From Asterionella formosa (lineage: Eukaryota), in the NCBI GenBank assembly GCA_002256025.1, contig NKIB01012208.1, positions 1-64,000 of the forward strand: a stretch of 64,000 nucleotides of DNA. The letters are read 5' to 3'. Numbering within the stretch: the first letter of the stretch is position 1; the number at the start of each line of letters is the position of its first letter. A program made the position numbers and the translations under genes. The notes below the pieces were generated by a model. It did not search any database. It was given only the letters and a program-made list of their open reading frames with translations, and had not been told where the DNA came from. Shown here piece after piece: positions 1-10,500 of the stretch.

Positions 1-2
1 TG

Positions 3-1064
3 TTGATAGGAATGAACCAACCTTTGCAATGCCATCGATACAGGAGGATTCTATTGGCGATGATGACCTACAAAGATGGGATAGAATATGCTACTGACTA
101 TGAGTTTAGTCTAGAGCAGCTAGCAGACATCAAGCCTGAACACATATACAAATGGATGGCTGTGAAGACTTATGGTAAACCAAACCCAAGCCAAAACGAC
201 AATCCAACATATGGTAGATCAACCTCATTGGAATATTACAAGAAGGCATTGTCCTACTTCATGCCACTCCGGCTCTCGACTTGGAATGTCATGATCAACT
301 GTGGAAATCCAACCAGATCTGTGCTTGTTCTTGACCTAATCAAGGCTGTAAAGAAAAAGGAGGTCCGCAAGCAGGGAAAAGCATCAGCAGCACGTCGTCC
401 ACTTGAAGCCCAAGAATTTACCAACACAATAAATGCACTTCGACGATGCAAAGACAGTATCCGCCGCTACCAGATGGTTTCTCTATCATATTCCTTCCAA
501 TTCCACATGGTCGGCCGGATCGACGATTGTGTCCAATTGAAGAAGGAAAACTTGAAACCCAATCTTCGTTTTCCTTTTACCCTGATATGTCAGCTGTGTT
601 GGTCCAAGAATGTCAAGGATGAGAGGGATGCACCAGATCAATTCCTCATGGGTACAATGGACCCACAGTATTGTGTACTACTTAACTTGGCAATCCACCT
701 CGAGACAGAAGGAATGTCCAATGGCAGCTCATTGGAGAATGATTGGGTTTTTCCTCTTGGAACCGATAATCCTCGGAATGCAAAAAATAGGGCATATCGT
801 ATCCTGGTGCGAGATGAAGTTTGGTCAGGTAGTGAGTTCAACAAGCTTGGCATCATTGGATTAATTGGAACACACAGCCTTCATAAATATCCCTCAACCC
901 ATGCACGAAGGAATGGATGCTCCCGCGATGATATAGATTTCTGCGGTCGCTGGAAACGACACACAAAGCAAGTAGACACTTACATTGATGTTGATCTTCC
1001 ATATCCTGATGCCAAGGTGGCAGCAGCCCTGTGTATTGGAGGAGCATGTAAGTATTACAAATAG
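3..1064 (+). mobile_element. Crypton-type (CryptonS-like) tyrosine recombinase ORF, 5'-partial, 3'-truncated, probably inactive
   Basis: Motifs KKALSYFMP, GNPTRS, FQFHMVGRIDD (first catalytic R), CWSKNV, GTHSLHK (HxxR with R replaced by H), GRWK, DTY and LPYPDAKVAAALCIGGACKY resemble stramenopile Crypton recombinases. The ORF stops 2 bp before a dispersed repeat begins. Confidence 0.8.
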
Positions 1065-1066
1065 CA

Positions 1067-2129
1067 ATTCATGCGCTAACAATTCCGAACAAAGACGAAG
1101 GAGAATAGGAGAGGAGATCCGCCCACAATAAGCAACAGCAAACAGTATCAAGCAACAAAAGGCAAGAAAACATTGCACTTGCTTACCATGTATATTATTG
1201 TCCCCTTTGCATCAGAGGAATAATTTCGACAATGCGAAAAACAAATTATTGATAGCCTGCCTGACACAGAGCACGACACATTTCATTCTTCCCAAGGTTC
1301 AACCCTGCCCTGCCAAAAACAGTTTGATTGTCCGTAGGAAAAGAACAAGGTTCAAAGAGTAAGTTCATGACTTGACCACCTTTCCAATTCCTAACGGAAC
1401 AAGAAAGAGGAAGAACGAAATGGAGGTAGAGGAACTACAACAACAAACAAACATAGTTCAGAGCATAAGTCGAGAACACGATGGTGCAGAGCAACAAGAG
1501 GAAGAACAACAACAATCTAACACATGACCTGTCTCCATTTTCCAAAATATTAACTGCTTACCATATATTTCTCGAACTTTCAGATGCATCCTTTCTGTAC
1601 TACTGACGAGGAATAACGAAACAATTGCTTGTCTGTTTCTTCCAGAACCGGCCGGCAACAGAGTCTTCGTTGCTTTTCTGGAAGCGAAGAACATGACTCA
1701 CAGAGTAAGATCATAGCTGTTTAAACTCACACAAGACCTTTTTCTATTTCTTAACAAACAATGCATATTCAGTTTAAACAGAGGGCAAAGAACAATCAAG
1801 AGAAGGGTATACAGCCACAGTAACCAGAATGCACCACCAGCCAGTCCAGCTCCTTGTTTCCAACAATAAGATCCAAAGGGATAACAGCAGAAACAACAGA
1901 TAGCGATAACGTCAATGACAACGACAACAATAAAAACAACAACAATGCATAATGCATTTTACCACGAAAGTGATAATTTGTTCCTTCACCACGTTCTAGC
2001 CAGTAGCTGTTTTCAAATAAAAGAAACCTGGCGCGGACGGTCCTCCTCCTATACCTTTGCTTTGTTGTACTAGCCATGTGTACATTCTACATAACAAAAA
2101 GATGGCGCGCAGTCTATGCTTTGTCAGTA
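1067..2129. repeat. Dispersed ~1.05-kb repeat, copy 1 (probable non-autonomous element)
   Basis: Colinear with 57711-58753 from ATTCATGCGCTAACAATTCC to GCGCAGTCTATGCTT(T/A)GTCA, with many substitutions and indels. Confidence 0.9.
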
Positions 2130-2224
2130 TACTTTTTGGCGAGCAATGCAGACCTCATGAAAATCTGATGAACATGGTGAATCGTCACGATTTACAACGT
2201 TGTGATTTGCAAAAGGTTAGTACC

Positions 2225-3181
2225 AGTAATGCCGCTAGATTGCACTAATCACATCATTGCTGTCCTTGGAAGAAATTCTTGATTTCTTGGAAGTAGAACT
2301 AGAAGGGGGCCAGGACGCATTCGATCGATTCTTGATTATTGGCACAGCAACTTGTTTGGACTCCGGTTTGGAGACCATTTTTTTGGAGGTGGCAGCTGAT
2401 TTGGAATCCGGTTTGGATACTTTTTTCCTGTTTATGGCAGCTGGTTTAGAATCGCGGCTGGTTTGCAGTCCGATTCAGATTCTTTGTAAGGATAAGTTAC
2501 AGGCATTGATGCAACATCTCGGCTCCTGGCTGTTGAGTTTGCAGCGTTGCTTGTAAGCACCTGCCTTGGATGTGACGGCTTTGGTTCTAGCATCATGCTT
2601 GGGAGAAGCCTTGGCAGCAGAAGGCTTGAGTGCAACAGCATTCACTGCAGCCAGCCAACACTTGCTTTTTAGAGGAGCCTTCACCCTCGTCTTTGTAGCT
2701 TTCTTTGGAACACCCTTCTGTAACACTCGGGATTGTGTTGATCCTGCTGTAGCTATAGAAGCAGCCTTCTGTATAGTGCTTCTCTTCGCACGCTTTCCGA
2801 TCGCATAAGAAGGAGCTTCCAAGCGGGCATAGTGATGAGGATGAAAGTCTTATTTTATCAACTGATGGTAAAAAAAACATTTCGACTTTTTCTGATAACA
2901 AGGGAATTGAAACAAACCTTTCCTTAGAGTTTCTTCAATCTGAGTCGGAGAAAAGTAGCAAGGAGATTGAAGAGCTTTGCGAAGTAACAGAGAAGCAAAG
3001 TCTTCAGCTTTCTGGTGGCCATGGCATTGGAAGAGACAAGCATTGGACCCGAAATGTTGGTCAATGGGTCAAACTTGTTTTTTTTCCAAAAGTTAAGTTT
3101 ATCACAGGTGATATTGAACTTGATGAAAGGGGACCAACTAGTAGTCTGGCATGGCACTCTCATTTCGTGCTCACTTCCCAA
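2225..3181 (-). pseudogene. Degenerate Lys/Ala/Ser-rich (histone-H1-tail-like, low-complexity) coding remnant
   Basis: Broken minus-strand frames such as KGVPKKATKTRVKAPLK, KPSAAKASPK and KVSKPDSKSAATSKKMVSKPESK. No intact ORF. Confidence 0.3.
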
Positions 3182-4355
3182 GCCTATTCATGGGAACTGA
3201 TAAAGACTTCGAGTCAATTTGGCAGACATATAAGAATGATATTAATAAATTGATGTCTGAAAAAAGAAATGCCATTGTTACCAATCTCAAACGCCTTTGC
3301 TAGTACGTAAACATAAACAACTCGACTTGGTATGCCTAATTTCTTCTTCTTGACTTGTTAAACATACTAATTGTTTACTAATAACAAATCATTCCATTCC
3401 ATTCCCCAATCTAAAAACTTCAGGACTTTTTCGTGATGGTAGTTTGCACATTCATCTGAATAAGCATACCATCTCCAACAGCCATTCTGTTTCTATTCAG
3501 GAGACTGCTGATGGAGAGCGAAAGAGCCAAGAATCATCCTTTCTTCCTTCTAGTTGAGTACTTCCAGCTAAGACAGTTTGCGTCAGTTAAAAAATATGAA
3601 TACTGGTACATTCTATCATTTGATTGAGGTTGAAATGAAGTGATAGTGAGTCGTAATTTACATATTGTGTGTATACTAGCTATAGTTACAATATTTTTTG
3701 TCGTCTGCTCCACCCTGCAACGTATTATCAGTACTTTCTGTATTAGGTATGGACGGGTGTGGTCCGCCCAAGGTAGAAGTCATTCTCGTGTTTACATTTT
3801 GTACCGACCATTTTACATGTGTCGGTTTGACCCAAAATTCAGGGTGTGAATAAGAAGTACGCGAACTTCGCGAACTTAGCAAAAAGTACGCGAACTTCGC
3901 AGACGAACGCGCGACTAGAGTTTTGCAAGATTTTTTGAAAAAAAACAGCGAGGTCTGTGCACGATAAACATGAGGAATTTTCCACATAGCGAGGAAGTAC
4001 GGAGTTTCCTGTACCTCCCGGGATGAAAATACCGCTATGATATTACTGATTTTACCTACCGGTATGCAGTACATCTAATACTTGTGGCTCAAGTTTGGCT
4101 GGTGTGATTTTACAAGATCGGAATACTTCAGCGAATCTTCAGCAGGTACTGGTGAGTAAATTCAATTCCACCAATCAGAATATGTATAGTGACGCGGCAA
4201 CTTACCCAGGAGTCTTTTCGGACTGAGAATTATGAAGCATAACATACCTACGCAAGACTCCAAGCATACGAGAACGTTTTTGCGCGTAGACCTCGCAATG
4301 TGTAACCTATGTCTTCGATGGACACAATGAATTAAACTCTGACAAACTCTCTTGA

Positions 4356-6407
4356 ATGAGTCGAGTAGCTAGGATACAGCTGAGGCGGGGACGCTTCAGA
4401 ACTTTGAGAAAGTTGCAGCTGCTTTCTTGTTTATTGCTTGTCATTTTGCTCGGTCAGCTTTTCCTAATCAAATTGGAATTTTCCATCCGGAACGAAAGTA
4501 AAACCAACTTTTTTGAAGCACTAAATCATTTTAAACTGCTAAGTAATGACGTTACCACGCCTGACTCCACCGTGCTGGTAGTCGTTCCCGGTATCGGTGA
4601 CATGAGAAGACTCACGAACCTGAAATCTTCACTCCTACAGCTTCGGAAAACTTCTTCTGCCGATTGTTTGGTTATTGTGTGGAATGCTTCGGCGATGGAA
4701 CAAGTTAAAGAAGAACTCCAATTTTGCCATGTCCAATATAATTCTGGTATGTGGACTGATCATATTAAATTGGTAACCAGTGATAACCCCTCAATAAACT
4801 TTGGTCGTTTGACCCACGTTGCCATTTTAATTGATGATATTGATGTCAGCAACGTTCACTTCAACAAATTTTTGAATCTGATGAGAATTGCCGGATATGG
4901 TATGGCCTCCGCTTCCTTTTCTCAGTGGCACTATCATGTAATGCACAGAAGAAGCGTCTGCAGTAGTCATCGATCGGATTATGCCGACATTCTGTTTTCC
5001 GTTTTCACAATACCCACTTGGCTTTGTTGGCTAAGCTTGATAACCGAAGATAACAGAATAGGGTGGGGTTACGATCTTGTTCTTTCAGGAAAGTGCAATG
5101 TAACTGTTGGTGTCATCGACGAGTTTGAGGCATTTCATGATGGGCAGTGTGAAAATGGTGGTGACTGCACTCGGTCATATAATGAAACACTTGCATTATC
5201 ACAGCTCTGGAAGTTTATTATCGACTCGACCACAGCCACTAATGAAGACGAAGCACGTGCTTTTCTTGTTGAAATCACCGCTAACCGTCCCAAGAACTAC
5301 ATGCTCTGTGACTTTTGGAATCCGAATTTTGTCAAGACACTAAAGGAAAGTAACGCCATGAAATTTCATTTGGCAGATGACAGTTATTTTAAAACGATGA
5401 GCCATCGAAGTGGATGGGGACGCGTGATACAGTATTTGATTGATTCCAATCGTATGGTTGCGAATTCTGAAAAGATCGATATTGATCGAAAAGGTGGTAA
5501 CCTGACTGACATATTTTTTCTGGATTTCGTTGAGAAATATTTTGAATTGGACAAGAAAGAGACAGTGAGAATGCCATGGGTTGGTATCATGCATCTTGCT
5601 ATGAATCTTCCCGTACACATTCATCAAGCATTACGCCTAGAGAATACATTACAAAACAGTAATTTTCTGGGAAGTCTTGAGCACTGCCTCGCTTTGTTTG
5701 TTCTGTCTGATGATGTCCGAACATTCTTGACAAAATATCTGAATTCTAATGGGTTTGGGAAAGTTGCTGTTTACACTGTTCGACATCCAGTGACAGTGGA
5801 AAGCAGTGCTGAAAAATTCACTTTGCAAGATCTTGACATTTTGGTTGAGTCTTCAATTGCAGGAGTTATCTTGCTTGGACAACAGTATAGGCGATTAGCC
5901 ACAATACACACTTTAAAGACAACACGACAGAAGTTATGGCTACCAGGGGCACCAAAAGGCAGTGCTGAAGTAGAGATGATGAAAAATGAATTGCCTACTG
6001 AGTTGGCAATAGATAATTCAACAACAATTAACCCCTCTGTGACAATGCTTTACACTTCGAACTTTGCAGATTATGACAATTTGTTAAAGCACAATATTGT
6101 CATAATAGACCTTTGGGGGGCCACAGCCAATAATGCAATTCTGGAAATAATGGCTTTAACTATTCCTGCATACGTGAGAAGACTACCATCAACAATTGAG
6201 TATCTTGGTGACGACTATCCCATGTTCTTTGACAATAAAGCAGATATTGAGCATGGACTTAATCAAGACCCAGTTCTTCTGATGAATCGATTAAAACAAG
6301 CACACTACTACCTCCAAAATATAAAAATGGAAAAACTGACACTTGAATATTTTTTGCATTCTCTTCAAGATAATACCCTTTCATCTTTTAAAATTTCTCA
6401 TGTTTGA
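4356..6407 (+). CDS. Intronless type II membrane protein, two-domain glycosyltransferase-like (683 aa)
   Basis: N-terminal basic stretch plus TM (LLSCLLLVILLGQLFLI). The first domain has ILIDDID and IGWGYDL (GT-A/DUF707-like). The second has HRSGWGRV, PWVGIMH and NIVIIDLWGATANNAILE...EYLGDDYPMFF. Confidence 0.75.
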   Translation: MSRVARIQLRRGRFRTLRKLQLLSCLLLVILLGQLFLIKLEFSIRNESKTNFFEALNHFKLLSNDVTTPDSTVLVVVPGIGDMRRLTNLKSSLLQLRKTSSADCLVIVWNASAMEQVKEELQFCHVQYNSGMWTDHIKLVTSDNPSINFGRLTHVAILIDDIDVSNVHFNKFLNLMRIAGYGMASASFSQWHYHVMHRRSVCSSHRSDYADILFSVFTIPTWLCWLSLITEDNRIGWGYDLVLSGKCNVTVGVIDEFEAFHDGQCENGGDCTRSYNETLALSQLWKFIIDSTTATNEDEARAFLVEITANRPKNYMLCDFWNPNFVKTLKESNAMKFHLADDSYFKTMSHRSGWGRVIQYLIDSNRMVANSEKIDIDRKGGNLTDIFFLDFVEKYFELDKKETVRMPWVGIMHLAMNLPVHIHQALRLENTLQNSNFLGSLEHCLALFVLSDDVRTFLTKYLNSNGFGKVAVYTVRHPVTVESSAEKFTLQDLDILVESSIAGVILLGQQYRRLATIHTLKTTRQKLWLPGAPKGSAEVEMMKNELPTELAIDNSTTINPSVTMLYTSNFADYDNLLKHNIVIIDLWGATANNAILEIMALTIPAYVRRLPSTIEYLGDDYPMFFDNKADIEHGLNQDPVLLMNRLKQAHYYLQNIKMEKLTLEYFLHSLQDNTLSSFKISHV

Positions 6408-7533
6408 ATCTCAAAAGAAATATTTTTTCTAGCATAATTCATAGCAACATTTATGGACTTTCATTATATTGTTCATTACGCACCTTTAAGTTAAGAATAT
6501 TCTTATGGAGTTTTTATTTGAATAAACTGCTATTGCTATTTTGACCACATTGTACAGTTGTTGTTGCTCATCATCATGTGTTATTTTGGATTCCCTTTCA
6601 ACCTTGTACAGTTGTTGTCATCATATTGCATTGCCACATCAATCAGCTATCTAATGCAATCAAAGATTGAAGACATCTATGGAAAATGTCAAGTGGAAAT
6701 TCGAAGAGAGTATTTGAACAACTTTGTGGGAAGCAAAAATACATGGACAGGAAACATTTAGTTTAGCTTATAATTTGAGATTATCAATTGAGGATTAATA
6801 GACAGGTAGGTCAATTAGTTTATTTAGCAGGAAGGCTAGAAGCAGAGCAGAGAAAAAGTAAGTAGTACTAGGGAGTTCTACTAGCACGTAAGAATCTATG
6901 GTACGAGACCCAGCCTGCGGGACGAAGCAAGTAGTACAAACCTTTTAACACATTCCGGTAGGTTTATCCTGCTACCGGTATGTACGTAATCTATGCCTGA
7001 GTACCATGTACCGTTCCGCATACGAGGAGCCTGGTGCTCCCTTCGATCACTTCGCTCCCCCTTGGTTTAAACGTTAGAACTTACGAAGCCAACGGTATGC
7101 CAACGGCCCATATGTCTCCTGCCGCCTACAGTGCCTGGTACTAAGTTTATAGTCAACAATTTCTACCGGTACATGCATATTCCGGTAGTTGTCCCGTCGA
7201 ATCGCCGCCATCCTTGAGAGGCTTGGCCGGCGAGTTACCGCTTGCCACGACACTACCAAGATGACTTGCCAATATGGAATCTCTTTGTACATGTATATGA
7301 AACAAGCAGGCCCAACTTCAACGGTATCTTCGTCTCACATTTCGTATCTCGATTGGGTCACCTACTGTTTTGCTGTTTCATTGCCTGCTCTGCTTGCCTC
7401 CCTTCCTCCCTTGCCTAACTGCCTACTCGGCGTCCAACTGCCACGCTCTTTAACCATTTATATACGCACAACCCCCCTCCCCCGATCCTCAAAAACGACG
7501 CAGGTTCATTTACTCCATGGTGACAAAGCAACC

Positions 7534-10500
7534 ATGACGGGGTCTTCAGTTATGAATCGAGTGCGCATGTTCGAACAGGGCAAGAGCACAAGCACTCCGA
7601 CGCCAATGGTACCCTCTCCTTCAGTTCGATTTAACAAGAGCGCCTCGTACGAACAACGGAGAGACGATGCCGTGTCTAGTCGAACTGCTGGTGCTTCGCC
7701 CTACAGAGCTGATGCTGCGCGAAGTCCAAGTCCAGCTGTGCCTGACAATGCATCGTCAGCGGAGTTTCTCTTCTCTCCGAAACGTTTACGTCCAGTGGTG
7801 CAGTTGAAGCCTCCAGAATCACCACAAAGGCTTGCTTCAGTCGATTGGCCATCAGAAGACGACATTAGCCCACCCAAGAACATGGTCCATAGGAAAAGCT
7901 TACCTCCCAAGAAAGCAGTGGTGGTGAAACCACTGCCATTTGATGATCTAGCTATTGAATCGGTGCCTCCCAAACCACTGCCACTTGACAAGCAAGCTAT
8001 TGAATCATCAGTTACTTCCAAACCACTGCCATTTGATAAGAAAACTATTGAATCATCAGTTACTTCCAAACCACTGCCACTTGACAAGCAAGCTATTGAA
8101 TCATCGGTTACTTCCAAACCACTGCCATTTGATAAGAAAACTATTGAATCATCGGTTACTTCCAAGGGATCTCAAGAAGCGCGATCTAGTACTCTCGAAG
8201 AAACGCAGCGTTTTGATCCTCCAGTGATGTCATCCAGCCGCCAGGACCGACCCTCCTCACAAAATAGCACGGCCACACCAATTGATGAAAACGTTGCCCC
8301 TGCTACGAATCAACAAGCGAAAGAATGGCCAGAGCAGAAGAAAATGAACCATTTAATCCAGCAAGCGGAAGCCCTTTTGAAAGAACGAACTAGTCCTATG
8401 GCGTCAGCAAGCGCCCGTCGTGCTCGTCGGGATACACGACAAAAAACTACTAACAAAACGAAATCCATGGCTCCGAACATGGATTCAACTCCAAGTTTGC
8501 CACCCACCGATACCTGGTCCGACAAGGACCTATCTCGGGAGGATCCGAAAGATAAAGAACAAGAAGCACCAGGGATGGTTCGTGGTCGTCTTTACAATCT
8601 CAATACAGACAGAAGCAAACTCCCCAAGCCCTCCGACCTGATGAAGTCACAAGACCTGTCGACAGACGATTCGGTGCTGCAGAAGAGTTCGGACAAGTCA
8701 CCAGTTCCCACAACCGAAGAAAAAGAAACTGTCCCCGACGAATTCCTTTGCAACATTGCAATGCGGGCCTTGAATGCAAAGATGAAAAGAGAAGAAAATT
8801 CCATTCAACCTCCCCATTTGGAGCAGGAATCTGTCAAGCTGAACGAGGTTCATCACGAGGAGTATTTTCCGCCAGCACTTTCTTGTGATACTCTTTTGAA
8901 GCGCAGCTTAGAGGATGCTTCTGTGGTCATGCAAGATGAACGCGCAAGTAGTGTCGGAAGTCGTTCAACGACTTCCCGCTCGTCCTTAAGCGAAGAAGAA
9001 CTCAGTAATATTGCCATGCGAGCCCTGGATGCCTCAAGGGCACTAGATGGAGCATCGAATCGTAATCGTTTGACAACACTTCGTACTTCGAACCTTCGGA
9101 GTAAAGTAGTACAGCAACGAATCCGTCATGTGACGAGTCCAAGCGCGGATTCGCTGTCAAAAAGCGATAAACTTAATACCGATACTGCTGTCTCAAATAA
9201 GCAAAACATGTTAAAGAAACTGAGAGCTCCGCCTCAAACAAGCCCAAGTCCCCTGCGTACAAAGAAAAGTCATGCCGAGCACGGTTCTTCATCTGAAGTT
9301 GCTAATTTGACCACGGTAACAGCAGCCTCGCCACGACGAAGCCGAGTTGCAATGTTCAAAGCCGCTAATCAGCGAGTTGGAAGTGGTGGCGTTGTGCGTC
9401 ATGGTATGGACTATATTTTGACTCCATCGGAGGCAACGAATCTACCACCAGTTCCTAAAAAGACTGCCACGGCAGTGCAAACACTTCAATCGACCAAGAA
9501 ACTTTCTGCCCGACAGTTTTCGCATGGGAACAACTGTGAAATAAACAACGAATCAACCACTGTGTCTATGGATGATTGCCGTTCTGCAGGAAGTTCTTCT
9601 TCGTTATCGAATTCAGACAAGATCCTATCGAAGAATTCGTCTGATGATGTCCTTCTCAGCTTCGATATCGCTGACACATTGAGCGCCTCTGACTCTTCTG
9701 TTGATGCCAAATCATGCAAGTCTCGATCTACTCGAAAGAATATGAACTCCGTCCCAAATCATAGAACTCGATCGTCTTCTAGTCCAACCCTAGCTGGTAG
9801 AAGCGCATCGCCATTATCATCCATTCAACCATCCAAGTCGCGTGAAGACGCAACCAAACACAATACTGTCCCTATTTTCAAACCCCAACCTCAATCTGGT
9901 AATCGAAACCCTTCTGCAGGCAAACAGCCAGATAGATCCTCCAAGTGTACCTTCGAACCTATTGTAGCTAAGACGTTCCGACCCTCTGAACGAATTGAAA
10001 AGACAATTCCTTCAGTCGATCCTCCTGGTGTACTACGATCGCGATCGGCTAGTCCTTCGGCAAACAAGGTTCCTTCAGTATTTCATGCTGCATCACCAAA
10101 TCGATCAACTAATTCCACTACAACCAAGATTGCTCCAGTCCCACTTGCTATTCTATCATCTCGATCGGCTAGTCCGTCTGGAACCAAGATTGCTTCAATC
10201 CCACCTATGGTACTATCATCTCGATCGGCTAGTCCGTCTGGTACCAAGACTCCTTCAATCCCACCTATGGTACTATCATCTCGATCAGCTAGTCCTTCTG
10301 GTCCCAAGAATGCTTCAGTCCCACATGCTGTTCTACCATCTCGATCGACTAGTCCTTCTGCGACCAAGAATGCTTCAGTCCCACCTGTTGTTCTACCATC
10401 TCGATCGGCTAGTCCATCTGCAACGAAGAATGCTTCAGTCGGCACGTCAAAATATAAGAGGCAAATAGCCTCTTATGATATCACGCCTTCTCGAGCGTCA

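Noticed and set aside
7189..7533. First 115 codons of the 2333-aa ORF
   Set aside because: Non-ATG start and pyrimidine-rich leader-like composition; ACCATG at 7534 is the more plausible start.
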